Notes under the pieces: generated by a model
The model's database searches: none
Told to the model about the DNA's origin: nothing
Seen by the model: only the letters and a program-made list of their open reading frames with translations
Shown: positions 14,084 through 26,712 of the stretch, one piece after another
How the letters are laid out: each line of letters starts with the position of its first letter
Numbering within the stretch: position 1 is the stretch's first letter
Origin: Antedon mediterranea
Lineage: Eukaryota; Animalia; Echinodermata
Reading direction: 5' to 3'
Length of the DNA stretch: 64,000 bases
NCBI RefSeq assembly: GCF_964355755.1
Contig: NC_092676.1
Coordinates: forward strand, 10,331,888 to 10,395,887
Made by a program: the position numbers and the translations under genes

Positions 14084-14833
14084 CTGTAAAATTAACAAAA
14101 ACATACAACCAATATTCGTCAATCATCTGTAATATATAATACAATATAAGCCTAACTAATATCACAATGAAATTTCTTTCAAAACATAATACAGATTCAT
14201 TATTGTACGAAAAGGGAGACCCCATTATACGAAAAGGGAGACCCCACTGTACGAAAAGATACAGGGGCTCTAGTATAGCCCCCTCGTCGGGGAGCCTAGC
14301 TTAATTTGTTAATTGTTCGTATGTTCACCAATTTTTTAATTTACAAGAAACCATTTGTACCGTGGGGCACCTAAAATAAATATTGCCACTTTCACTTATT
14401 ATAGCTAAGTTATTAAATTTACAATGTCCTGTATGTCATGAACTTCTCACTACTCGAAAGTCCAGATGGTACGCACGCATACATATAAACTAATTTCCCC
14501 GACTGAAAAGGGTCTACGCTTGCGGATGCACACTGAACATTTTCTTAGCTCCATCCCCACCTGCGATAAACAATATAGGCCTACCTCTTCGCCTGTGGGT
14601 ATGTGGCGTATGTAGCCCCGCATCGGGAAGATCCTGACGCCACTGCCTATAACATGTTATACGTTAGCATATAAATCGTAAGGACATATGAATCTGTGCG
14701 TATCTTTTAAGACAGGCTTCACATACGTCCGCGTAGTGCGGATAACTAACTAGTCAAAATGACGAGTTTGTTTGTTTTTTAATGAAATTTAAAAAAAGTA
14801 ATCTATTAAATACAAATATTCATCAATAATTAC

Positions 14834-15732
14834 CTCAAATACATTCCCTTTCACCGATATCCTTCGTTTAGGGGGGCTTCCCTTCGCTTCCATCACAGTA
14901 ACCACCTCTGGCTTAAAAAATGTATCAATGATCTCTTGATTGATTGAAAAGTCGCCAACTCTGCACAACACCTATAACCAAAAAAAAATAACAAGACATG
15001 ACTTGTGATTATAAAACAAAATAAATCAACAAGCATTAAAAAATGTTTAATAATGTTAAAAATTTATAATCAACCAAGGTTGAGGTAAGGTTTTTTTTTA
15101 GGTTTTTTTCTAAAATGATTTTCATTGTCATTATCATAACGAATGTTTAGTCAGGAAAAAATGTTATTTAAATGGTGGTCACAATTTGTTCAATGCAAAT
15201 GAATACCTGTTTACCTATTTCTATTTATATATTGAAATAACCAGTACAATACAATACCTCCTACCCTACTATGCCCTACCATCCCGACAAATGTTACTTC
15301 AATATTAACCAACAGAAAGAGTAATTCTTTTGATTGCCATAGCATAAACAAAAAGTTTAAAAATCAAGTAACTTCTTTTATACCAAATAATTATAACAAG
15401 GTTCTCAGTCCACAACGAAATGTGAACGAACAACTGTATCCACACAACCTTGTCAACAATTCTTGTTTTCCAAGATCAAAAATCACTTCTTTTATCAACG
15501 CTAATTCTAACAATAAAGCTACCACTATTGACAATAAATATACTTTAATAACAATTGTTCATCGCATTATCCTTCTTTGTCAATAATGTCCAATGACATT
15601 ATTTGTTTTTCCACTTTTGTGACCAGACACGTTAATGGGAATACATCTAAAATGTTGCCTGCCACTTCTTTTAATATGTCCTTCTTGCAAAAGTACTCAG
15701 TACCGTCATCAGTGAGAACAACATATCCTGAC
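14834..15732 (-). pseudogene. Unit-2 copies of OB-fold paralogue A last exon (15732-15567) and paralogue B exon (14971-14834)
   Basis: Region 14770-16600 is a close copy of 1035-1565 plus 2330-3330; both exons are open in this copy. Confidence 0.65.
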
Positions 15733-17429
15733 CTGCACAAGAAATATGTAACAATTACAAAACAATCTGATTATTTTCAGAAAATACAAAAGGAAAAAAA
15801 AAAACACAACCAGCTTCAACATTATTGTCCCCCTGAAAATGAATCGATTTCATTTTCTTCTTTTATAATTTGTGTATGAAACTGTACAAATTCGTTACCA
15901 CGTCCATGTCCACTAAATAAAAAAAGAGGGGAATTGTATAATAAATATTATGAAAGTATATTTAAAGAAATCAATACTAGAAGAAATGTGTTAATATACT
16001 CATAAAATATTTTTCAGATGCTGTATTCATTGGAAATCGAGGGTACCTTATTATAGCATTGTCAGTCAGTGTTTTTTTTAATGAATCCTAATTGTTTTTT
16101 TAATTGAACACGTTTTTTTCTTTGCACGTTTCCTTTCATTTCTGATGTACTTAACATTCTATAATTAGAACAAAATGTTGCAAGACACATTGTGTTAAAT
16201 TAAAAACTGTCTGATCGAGCTTTATATTTGTCGAGCTTATTTGGCAACCATGCACTTTTATGATCATCCAATTTGTTTTTAATTACACTTAGTGGTAAAC
16301 TCATTCTAACAGGATTAGGTCCTACTGGGATAAATTCAACTTTCCTTGAACATTGTTTCAATTTCAGGCCACAAACACGATAAACACTTTCTTGCGCAGA
16401 TATTTCTCTATTGTTCATACACAATTGACCAAGTTTACTTAAGCTTTGTCTGGCATTTTCATTTCCTTCTTTCACTTCTGTTGCTGTATGAGATAAAAAT
16501 AATCCCATTTCCCGTTCAGATTTTAACATTATATCCTATAACATACGTAACACATGCATACACTTGTAATATACTGAATATCCATATTTAGCATTCCATG
16601 CTCTAAGTAAGGAAGGATTATATTGGTTTACCCACACATCTTGGGGGTTTCTCTTTATAACAATATTTTCTTCAGTAGCTATACAATTATTGGCATCCTC
16701 ATATGCACTCTGAGTAATCTAAACTTCGAAAAAAGTTCCTTGGCTCTTTGATACGTTTCTTCATTTGCCAAAGCGTTTTTTACTGAGGTTAATAATTCTC
16801 TGGGCTTGTTTATTAGCATCAATGTCATCATTATTTATTTCCACAATTGTAGGTCTCAACAAATGTTTTTCCAGAAGGCTGCCCCGGAAAGTTAAATCTG
16901 CAATTTGTTCCCTTCTTCTTATACGATTTTGAATGTCTTTTTCTGTGGATTTGTACCCTGGTAACAATTTCATTCATTTCAGGATCTACAATTTGACATA
17001 GCACAGTAAAAGAAATATACTTTTTCATCTTCATCAAAAACAGGAGCATTTTCAACCCATGCCAACATATGAACATGTGGACTCCCTCAATTTCAATTCT
17101 GTAAAACTAATCTGTGACGTTACAAAATAACAATTTTCAAAAAATTATGAAAGCGTTTGTCAGCCATTCTAGCAACAGTCACTGGATTTGATTTTAGCAA
17201 ATTACATTTGTCTGCCCATTCTAAATCATTTCTTTTATCTCCTGTTTGCCTTAACAATGTTGTAATTATTTCTTTCCAACATAAATCAGCACTTGAAAAT
17301 GAAAGAAAGAATGTTGGCTTACCAGTTTAACCATTGCTAATACATCTTTCTGTGTTGTTTGCCAGTAAGGGAATGTTGAATCATTGTAATACTTTGTTGC
17401 TAGTTTTCAACTCAGGTTTTTTTCTGAAT

Positions 17430-18468
17430 GATGAATCATTGCGATACTTTGCTGCTAATTTTTGACTCAAGTTTTGCCTGAATGTTGAATTATTGCGATA
17501 CTTTGATGCTAGTTTTCAACTCAAGTTTTGCCTGAATGTTGAATTATTGCGATACTTTGATGCTAGTTTTTGACTCAAGTTTTGCCTGAATGTTGAATTA
17601 TTGCGATACTTTGCTGCTAATTTTTGACTCAAGTTTTGCCTGAATGTTGAATTATTGCGATACTTTGATGCTAGTTTTCAACTCAAGTTTTGCCTGAATG
17701 TTGAATTATTGCTATACTTCGATGCTAGTTTTTGACTCAAGTTTTGCCTGAATGTTGAATTATTGCGATACTTTGATGCTAGTTTTTGACTCAAGTTTTG
17801 CCTGAATGTTGAATTATTGCGATACTTCAATGCTAGTTTTTGACTCAAGTTTTGCCTTAATGTTGAATTATTGCGATACTTTGATGCTAGTGACTCAAGT
17901 TTTGCCTGAATGTTGAATTATTGCGATAGTTTGATGCTAGTTTTTTACTCAAGTTTTGCCTGAATGTTGAATTATTGCGATTCTTTGATGCTAGTTTTTG
18001 ATTCAAGTTTTTGCCTGAATGTTGAATTATTGCGATTCTTTGATGCTAGTTTTTGACTCAAGTTTTGCCTGAATGTTGAATTATTGCGATACTTTGATGC
18101 TAGTTTTTGACTCAAGTTTTGCCTGAATGTTGAATTATTGCAATACTTTGATGCTAGTTTTTGACTCAAGTTTTGCCTGAATGTTGAATTATTGCGATAC
18201 TTTGATGCTAGTTTTTGACACAAGTTTTGCCTGAATGTTGAATTATTGCGATACTTTGATGCTAGTTTTTGACTCAAGTTTTGCCTGAATGTTGAATTAT
18301 TGCGATACTTTGATGCTAGTTTTTGACTCAAGTTTTGCCTGAATGTTGAATTATTGCGATACTTCGATGCTAGTTTTTGACTCAAGTTTTGCCTTAATGT
18401 TGAATTATTGCGATACTTTGATGCTAGTGACTCAAGTTTTGCCTGAATGTTGAATTATTGCGATACTT
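17430..18468 (-). repeat. 54-bp coding minisatellite (~19 units, SQKLASKYRNNSTFRQNL)
   Basis: Near-identical units tttgcctgaatgttgaattattgcgatactttgatgctagtttttgactcaagt; ORF 17972-18385. Confidence 0.95.
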
Positions 18469-18739
18469 TTCGTGTATTGTTATGTTTTATCAAATTATTT
18501 GTCATAACACTAGGGTCTACAATTATTTCTGAGGAGCTATCCACATAATCACTATCCACTATTGTTATTGTTTCCGGAACATAATTTAAATTGACACCAA
18601 CAGACTCCATCACATTAAAATGCACAATTTCTGGTGTACAGAATATATATACCTTTGTTAGTAGTAACCTCATTAATTTTTCCAGTTTTTTTTTGCAGAA
18701 AACATTTGCCAAGTCAAAAGCTGATCATGAGAACGAAAA

Positions 18740-19410
18740 ATGCCAGAGGACTTCTAGGTCCCTGGATAAGTTGTTTATCACAATTACACGCACAGTAAAA
18801 TAGCCAATCAGTACTAAGTCTTATTTGGCCTGCTACATTATAGCAATAGGTAGAAAATAAATGATTTGGGCTATACCAAATGCCGTTACAGTATATACAC
18901 TATAAACAGTAATCTTTATACAAACTATATACAGTTCAGAATAGGTGAAAATAAGTGACCAAAGTGACACTTTTGAACATGATGACGTCATCACAATTTT
19001 AAAAATGGTAAATTGTGCGAAAGATAATTGATTGACTTAGACAATATAAAAAAATGGGAGAAAATGGAATACGTATAAGTGGAGATGCGCTCTATTAAAT
19101 GTGATGACGTAATAGAAAAAAATCCTATATTTTATATTCGAGTCGATATCTACAACTCATCTTCTTCCAGAATATGTAATTTTAAAAAAGTTGACCCTGT
19201 AGTTTAGAATCTATGACTGTTTAAAAAAAGGCATAATTTTAACAAATTTTTGGACTTTTTCATCAAAAATTGCGTACGCGTTGAAAGTTGATTAGAAATT
19301 GATTTTTTGCATTTTGAAATTTTAAACGCGCGTGCCCAAACAAATTTCGTGGAAAGAAAGAAGAATATCGGGGAAAAAAAATCATGACAATAACAAGGGG
19401 TTATCCGCCA
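18740..19410 (-). mobile_element. Diverged, deleted relative of the HINE family at 35818-39024
   Basis: Shares agaataggtgaaa, gtggagatgcgctctatt, atctacaactcatc..cttccagaatatg, gactgtttaaaaaaaggcata and ggttatcc motifs. Confidence 0.65.
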
Positions 19411-19870
19411 AGTACTGTTTACCACGTGCATAGCCAAATCTGGAATGCCCTTGATTGAAACTACCATGCGCTACAGTTATATAATTATCATTCCTGTTAT
19501 ATTTTCAATTCATGTATAGGTTGTGTATTCCGCATTATTGTTGCATTGGATGATTTTTTTAGTCCCCCATCGATTATCAATAATTCTGCAGATTTATTTG
19601 TTGTTGAAATTTTAATATATTACAAATGTGCTATCTAACATATCTAATTTTTTTGGCAGTTCAGAAATCATCAGAAGATCCTCATCCATAGTGGAATCTT
19701 TTTGAATATAATAGTACAACTCATTTCCAAGTGTCAATATTGTTTTTGTCAAGATCATTTCCATTCCTTTTTGTTGAATAAACAATAGCTACAAGACTAT
19801 TGCAACACACTGTTTACCGCGTGCATAGCCAAATCTAGAATGCCTTGATTAAATCTACCCTATGCTATAG
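19410..19870 (-). pseudogene. Two tandem herpesvirus-tegument-like cysteine protease (UL36/BPLF1-type DUB) domain remnants of the RepHel N-terminus
   Basis: GRFNQG.SRFGYARGKQCVA.SLVAIVYS..ILTLGNELYYYI..LLMISELP (19860-19650) and GSFNQGHSRFGYARGKQ (19465-19412). Confidence 0.65.
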
Positions 19871-20459
19871 TTACATTATTATCAAAACTATATTTTTGAA
19901 ATTCATTTCTATGTTGTGTATTGTGCCTTATTGTTGCATTGGATGATATAAAATGTATTTTGTGGGGAAACTTTAATATTCATATCAATATTATATTGGT
20001 TGAATTCAGTTTCAGATTTAGTATTTGACTTTATTTTTTCAGTGGACGCTCATTTTTTGGTCCGTTATCAATTACGAATACTTCTTCTAATACTTCTTCT
20101 AATACTTCTTTTTCTCAAACTTATACTGGACGACTAAGGGTACCCTAGTATAATCCCACCAAGGGACTCCCAGGAGCAATCCGCCGTTTTCTCACAAATA
20201 TTTAATTTCTAATACCATAAAAACCATAAGTAACACTGAAAATGTAAAAAATACACAAACGGTGTTTCATAGTTATTGTTGGCTGGAAAAAATAAAAGTG
20301 GGTTGGCTTATTGTCGGCTGGCCTATATTGTTGGCTAGCTTAACACAAACCTTCCATGATTATGTTTTTATTCCCCATCAGGACTGGACACACAACAGAG
20401 TGGTTTCAGTCACGTGGTTTTAAATTACTATGCTGCCCTCAACGTTTATATTTAGTTAG

Positions 20460-20585
20460 ACCGTACGCCAATTTTTGTCCTTACGCCAATTTTTGTCCTT
20501 TCGGCAATTTTGTCCTTTCGGCAATTTTTGTCCTCACGCCAATTTTTGTCCTTACGCCAATTTAACCATACGGCAATTTGTTCAT
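20460..20585. repeat. 18-bp tandem repeat, probably the subterminal array of a TIR element end
   Basis: cgccaatttttgtcctta, ~6 copies; no partner end found. Confidence 0.7.
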
Positions 20586-21539
20586 ATGGCAATGTGTTTG
20601 TGTGTCCGTACGGCAATATTTGTTTGTCACTCGAGGAAATATGTCTTTAACGCCATTAGTTTGCCTTACGGGAGCGGAATTGTTCGTACGGCAACGTTTG
20701 TCTATTTTGGCCTTAATGGCCGCCCATACCCTAGCTCCTATCTATCATATAGCTAGGTCTAGTAGCACGTGGGCTAGGATAGGCTGGATAGGCTAGGACA
20801 GGTAGGGAGGCTTTATCTTCACGTAGAGTACATAGTGAGAAATCGAAGATATAACGGTGTGGTACGTGCGAAACAGCAGTAGCGGCCAGAGTAGGTCTCG
20901 CAAAAAAAAAATGGGATCCCATCTCTCTTACTTATCGCTTACCATGCATGTTCGGTGGAGGGCCCGACAAGCGTCTCTGGTAGATGTGTCATTATCGAAC
21001 GGTCTTAAATTGTCAGGATTTACTGGTATTAACTCCTCTTCTAGGCCTAGTTCTGTATCCGCTACAAAATATTCCTCTTCACTATCCATTCCAAAATGAT
21101 AACAATAAAAACACTCCTCCGTCGATGGTGGAAAAAAAAATGGCATCTTCGTTTCTCCGTAGCAATCGACTGAGATTGATATTTTCACACATGTGCACTG
21201 TATCTACGTTTTTCCAGCTTCCCGGTCAAAACGCTAGTAAATTTGCAGAAGATTGCCGTAAGAACAGATTAAAAAAATCATTAAAAAAATTAATTGGTTG
21301 ACATTCGAAAAGATGTAAAATCTATTTATAAACAAAAATGTAAAGTTAATGAGCCAACACTCTAGTATGAGCCAATCTGCAAACATCGTTTCATATCCAT
21401 TTTAAGGAGATATGGAGCTTCACAATGGTACAGTAAATAGCAGCCATTTTGAATTTATGCTAATTCCCACTTCCTGATGTCCGATTTTGGTAAACTTTGG
21501 ATATGATATTCATTTGGACCAAATCAACCTGTTACAATA

Positions 21540-21890
21540 TGTTCTAGGTTCAACCATACTTTTACTGGACTATTTGTCATAGCACCTGACACACTAAAGG
21601 TTGCCTCTCCCCATACAACTATGTTATTACATTTATCTAGGCTACTGCCTATTGTCAAAACTGTTCTTTTATTTTTTGGTGTTTCATAAAGTTCACCAAC
21701 CAAAGTAGCAAGTAAACAAAACATAGCAATAAATACAATTTTATTTTGTTTCCTGGAATCATAGCATGTGATGTTAAAACTAGTGCTATATCATATATTC
21801 CCCTTATTCGTTGCTTGTCCCTATTGTCTCTGGCTAAGTGCCACAATAATCACAAATCTTGTATTCGACCACATTACACTTATATAACTT
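21540..21890 (-). pseudogene. OB-fold gene paralogue D exon remnants
   Basis: VGELYETPKNKRTVLTIGSSLDKCNNIVVWGE aligns by eye with paralogue B exon VGKLVETPTYKRRCLK..NIYLVLWGD. Confidence 0.45.
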
Positions 21891-22849
21891 GTAACCCTTA
21901 CCAAAGCTGAATGCCTTCGCTTACCATTCACAAAGCATTCGAATGCTACTCCTGGAATGCTATTATTGGCATTCGAATGGCTAATACTTAGCATTCGAAT
22001 ACTAGTGGTATATATAAGCATTCAATGACTGAATTTAGCATTCGAATGCTTCTTAGCATTCACTAAGCCTTCGCTAAGCCTTCACTAAGCCTTCCTTCGA
22101 ATGCTTCTTAGCATCCACTAAGCCTTCGCTAAGCCTTCCAGGGAGCCGAATTATGTAAATGAGCTAAGTATGTGAATGGTAGCACTAGCATTCGAATGCT
22201 AAAAGTAGCATTCGAATGCTACTAGTTGAATGCTATACTAGCATTCGAATGCTAAATCTGGAAGGCTTAGCCTAGCATTCGAATGCTAGTAGGGGAATGC
22301 TAGGCTAGCATTCGAATGCTAGCCTAGCATTCGAATGCTAGTAGATGAATGTGCTAGTGAGCTTTTTTAGTGGGCGTGGTCTAGCATTCAAAACTACACA
22401 TTCAAATATTGGTACACTGTTACACTGTGAATGCTAGTGAGCGAATTGAATGCTAAAGCATTCAAATTCTACAGTGGGAAATGTTGTGATCCAGATTTCT
22501 CACTTTTTTTATGAAGAATCTAAAATGAAAAGCGAAAAAATTCTTCAAATATACAATAAGAGACATTAAAAAAAAAGATGTCTTTACTTTAATTATTAAA
22601 AAATCAAATTTAATTAATATATTTTTGTCGATACTCGATATTTAACATTCCCAAACAGAAATAAAGTATCAAAAAGCTATCAAACGTATAAACAGCAAGA
22701 GAGTGTAATCTTATACTGTATATGACAAAAAGGCCATATACAAATGAACAATTATCAAAATTAACTACTTTAAAATATTTAATTTAAAACTTCAATTGAC
22801 ACCATGAATTTCCTTATGGAGGCATCTTCAAAGAAATATATATATACAC

Positions 22850-22990
22850 TATATATAAAAGGCAAATTACTGAAAAAAATGACAATGCTGTGGATCTCAA
22901 TGGAGATACAAACTAAAGTAAGCAAAAAGCTAAAAAATTATCAATTAGCAGAGCTATTGGCAACACTAGCACTTTATCTGTGCAAGTGAG
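22850..22990 (-). mobile_element. Penelope terminal-repeat fragment with decayed hammerhead
   Basis: ggcaaattactgaaaaaaatgacaatgctgtgg..atctcaatggagatac..tagcagagct..caacactagc matches 60020-60185; follows a (TA)n run. Confidence 0.75.
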
Positions 22991-23060
22991 AATACTTGGA
23001 CAAAATTGAGAATATAAAGATATGATAAATGAAAATAAAAATTATCTATAAAATATTTAT

Positions 23061-23505
23061 CTATTTATATAGACTCTTGCGTGCATTGGTGCATTTAGAC
23101 ACAAACTTCTTGTTAAATTCTACCAGGCTAACAGGAGTCCAATCATTTTTTACTGCCACGACCTTGATATACTCTGCAAAAAAAAATATTGAAATATGTT
23201 AATGAAATAAAAAACCGACACCCTGTGAAAAGAAATTAAAGATAAAAAGAATGATTAAGCAATTAAAACAAAGAGAAATGGTGGGATTCAATTTTCCCTC
23301 ATATTTAATTGATCATTGAAGGCATGTTTATAAGACATGAACATGTTAAAATAGATTTAAAATTTATAGTTAAATACCTCTAATGGCATCAACAGATGAT
23401 TTGTCCAATGCACTCCTGTTGGACTCTTTATTTTGTTTTCTATGTTCCTTTATGAACAGTCAGTATATAGCAGATAAAACTGAATTATGCAATATATTCT
23501 CTAGT
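23061..23505 (-). pseudogene. BEN-domain exons inside the non-autonomous CACTA element
   Basis: TREYIA..KQNKESNRSALDKSSVDAIR|EYIKVVAVKNDWTPVSLVEFNKKFVSKCTNARKSLYK*; phase-1 GT-AG intron 23377-23174. ALD..V.AI and KC.NAR are BEN-like motifs. Confidence 0.6.
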
Positions 23506-23856
23506 CTGTAGAAGGACTATTATATTAGTATCATTCAGGTTTAATAAAAAGGATTTTATTTAATATTTACCCTTTTTAAAATAAATACATGTTGTGTTAC
23601 TGTTTTTATTCATTTCAAATGTTGGAATTAAGGAAATAATCTGCCATGGCATAAAAATGCCTCCACCATCCCATTGTCTTATAATAAAATAAACGATGGA
23701 GTGAAAACTGCTTTTATTTAAAATTGCTTTTATAGTTTAGTTAGCCCTTCTTTTTGATAAGTGATACAATGTGGTTCTAGAGTATACTATAACTAGCCTA
23801 GGCCAGCTACACAATATAACCAGGGAGTGACTTAGGGGATTCGACTTTTGACAATA

Positions 23857-25070
23857 GGGTTGGTGAAATTCAGTCCAAAATATGCAGAATTTTTTCCAAA
23901 ATACGTCAAGTTGAGGGCGCTATACTAATCCAAAATAAGCGAGTCTTTCCAAAATACGTCGACTTGGGGGCGCTATTCATTTTCCAAAATACGCGAATTG
24001 TCCAAAATACGTCAAGTTGAGGGCGCTAGTCATTTTCCAAAATACGCGATTTGTCCAAAATACGTCAATTTGGAACCACTTGTAATTTTCCAAAATACGT
24101 CAACTTGAGAGCGCTATTCATTTTCCAAAATACGCAATTTAAATAACTCCTTTACTTCTTCTAACCAATTAATTATTGATATTATTTTAATCACAATACC
24201 ATGCTTTTTATTATTATATATTATATGAAATAATTATTATGTTAGATTTCAGATTAGGTAACTTATTAGACCATAAGTACTGTACATTAAATTGAAAGCG
24301 ATGTTGGTCTGTCGAGCTCGGGAAAAATATCGATTTTGTAGATCACCAAATATATAACACATACCGTACCTATGACTATACTTAAATACTATATATGTAC
24401 ATGCTGGTTTTGTAGCCGGTTTATGCCGCATTTAAACTAGCTACGTCTGGCAACGCAATCGTACATCGTTCAGACATTATTAACGTATATTATAGGCACT
24501 GTCTATTGACTGATGTTGGCATATATTTGTTGTTTTTCAGTAATAAATGATTACATTGAAAAATAATAATTGGCTACTCTATGACATTTTATTTACAAAA
24601 AATTATGCCTTCTAATACTTTCATTTATAACTAAAATGTACTTGTTTGTTTTATTCCAAGAAACTTTTTTTTAATACATTAAACTGTAATTTTACCTTAC
24701 ACTCTCAATATGATACATTTGGAAAGGCTCTCGTATTTTGGAAAAAAAGTTTGCCGCCCTCAAGTTGACGTATTTTGGAAAATTACTAGCGGTCCCAAAT
24801 TGCAAATTGACGTATTTTGGACAAATCGCGTATTTTGGAAATAAATAGCGCCCTCAATTTGACGTATTTTGGACAATTCATGTATTTGGGATAATTTATA
24901 GCGCCCTCAACTTGACGTATTTTGGACAATTCGCGTATTTTGGAAAATGAATAGCGCCCTCAAGTCGACGTATTTTGGAAAGACTCGCGTATTTTGGATT
25001 AGTATAGCGCCCTCAACTTGACGTATTTTGGAAAAAATTCTGCGTATTTTGGACTGATGTTCACCAACCC
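23857..25070. mobile_element. Foldback MITE with long repeat-rich TIRs (MULE-like)
   Basis: gggttggtgaaattcagtccaaaata ... tattttggactgatgttcaccaaccc; arrays of ccaaaatacgtcaagttgagggcgcta in inverted orientation; TSD not evident. Confidence 0.8.
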
Positions 25071-25106
25071 GACTCACTTTTGATAGGACTTTTTGATAGT
25101 ACCACC

Positions 25107-26459
25107 CTAGGCTCGCACTGGCCGATCGCCAAGTCGCCATGGGCGAAAACGTTTCTAGATTGGCGAAAAATAAAACGGCTACTTTAGCCATTTTGGCGAT
25201 AACATATCATAAAATAGATAATTAAATAATCATTTTGGCGAAAGCATAAAGTCCAACTAAAAGGTCCATTTGTCGATCTCCAAGCATTTATTTTGTTCGT
25301 TATCACGTTGTTTACTTCAAGCTCCATTTTTCGTCAACTTGTTTCGTTGTACCAGGCGTCTCTTTGTTATTTCAAAAAGATGGAGATAGCAGAGAGAGAG
25401 GTAGACTGCACAGACGTTACACGACACATGGATGATGAAGTCTACCCAAACTATCACGTGTCGGCTAATTACCGGGATTGTCTATTTTTCGATAGGGGTG
25501 TACTTTTCAGATTAAAAAGAAACATTATAGTATCTTCGATGAATGACGTCTTAATCTTATCGAAATCAAAAATGTATGCGTTATGCATTTTAGAGTCTTC
25601 CAATTTAATGTAGTTTCATATTTTACCCTTAATAAACTTCCCTCGTGCGTCAGTGTAAACAAAACAACAAGCGGGAAATGGTAGAGTCTAACGGGGATTT
25701 AGCTAAACACACACGTGCATCTGAGCGTGGCCAGCCGCCGGCTTCTGTGTTGTTGTGTAAATAAATAATAATCGGATAAATTTCTCGCCCTGACAAAAAC
25801 GCTTCGGCGCAGCCTTGAGGGATGGAAAGACGTGTACTCTGTGCTTTGGCCTATATTATCTTACGTTTAACAACGATACGAGTGTTCGTTTGCTAGGAAT
25901 TTTCCTCAATATTTTTAGCATACGATATACCGTTGCGTTGTTGTACATAATTTTGTAGGCCTAGGCTGGCGGTTCTGCACTTTCGCACCTCTTGAGCATA
26001 CCCAATTTAAGCCGTCACAAGCAAACATGACCAGCCAAGCGTAAAAAACAAAAGTAACATAGCGTTCAGGGGATTTTAGAAAACTGTAAAATGTTTCTTA
26101 TTAAATGCTGTATGATTAAAAACAGTTTGAACAATTGTTTTGATCATGTAAAAAAAATACAAAAAAAATATTTTTTTTAATCATACAGTGACAGTGATTT
26201 AGGCATGGTTCTTTATCTCAATGCGTTACGAAAATGTTCAGGGAACAGTGTATAGACCTGTTGACATAGATAAATTGACTAAAATGTTTTTACCACTATA
26301 TTTCAAAAATTTTAAATTTTGGCTAATGACCGATTCATTTGGCTAAATAAAAAAATTTGACTTTAGCCATTTTGGCTATAGATAAACTGATTTGACTAAT
26401 AAAAATATTTCGACTTTCGCCAAATGGCTAAACAAAATGAAATGTTAGTGCTACCCCAG
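25107..26459. mobile_element. Non-autonomous TIR element with 5-bp TSD (hAT5-like)
   Basis: ccacc|ctaggctcgcact ... agtgctaccccag|ccacc; subterminal tggcgaa/tggctaa motifs at both ends. Confidence 0.65.
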
Positions 26460-26712
26460 CCACCACCACTGAATCCTAAACCACTCACTATCTACTGTAG
26501 CCTAGCCCTGGTCCCTCTCTGCTGAACTCAACTTAGTAGGCTGTGTGTGGCTATACTGATCCTCCTATTATTATTAGGCCTAGCTAGTTAGTAGCCAAAT
26601 ACAGAATGATAAAAGAACAAGTATAGCTACTAGCTACAATACCTTTTATATCAGCAAAATCTGTGTCAGGTTTGCCAGCAGGTAAGCTGTAAAAAGAAGG
26701 AAGGCTGCAGTC

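Larger units (their letters stand above)
15970..19900 (-). pseudogene. Helentron/Helitron2-type RepHel remnant, unit 2
   Basis: [34 protein letters not shown] region (~17060-17090), [25 protein letters not shown] tail PEIVHFNV, and N-terminal protease domains; same 3' deletion as unit 1. Confidence 0.8.

Noticed and set aside
17430-18468. CRISPR-like array
   Set aside because: Contiguous units with no unique spacers; a coding minisatellite in eukaryotic DNA.
21524-21724. Deltex C-terminal-like fragment (TIG.S..VVW)
   Set aside because: Lacks the IHHKT/GYPD motifs; fits the local OB-fold exon better.
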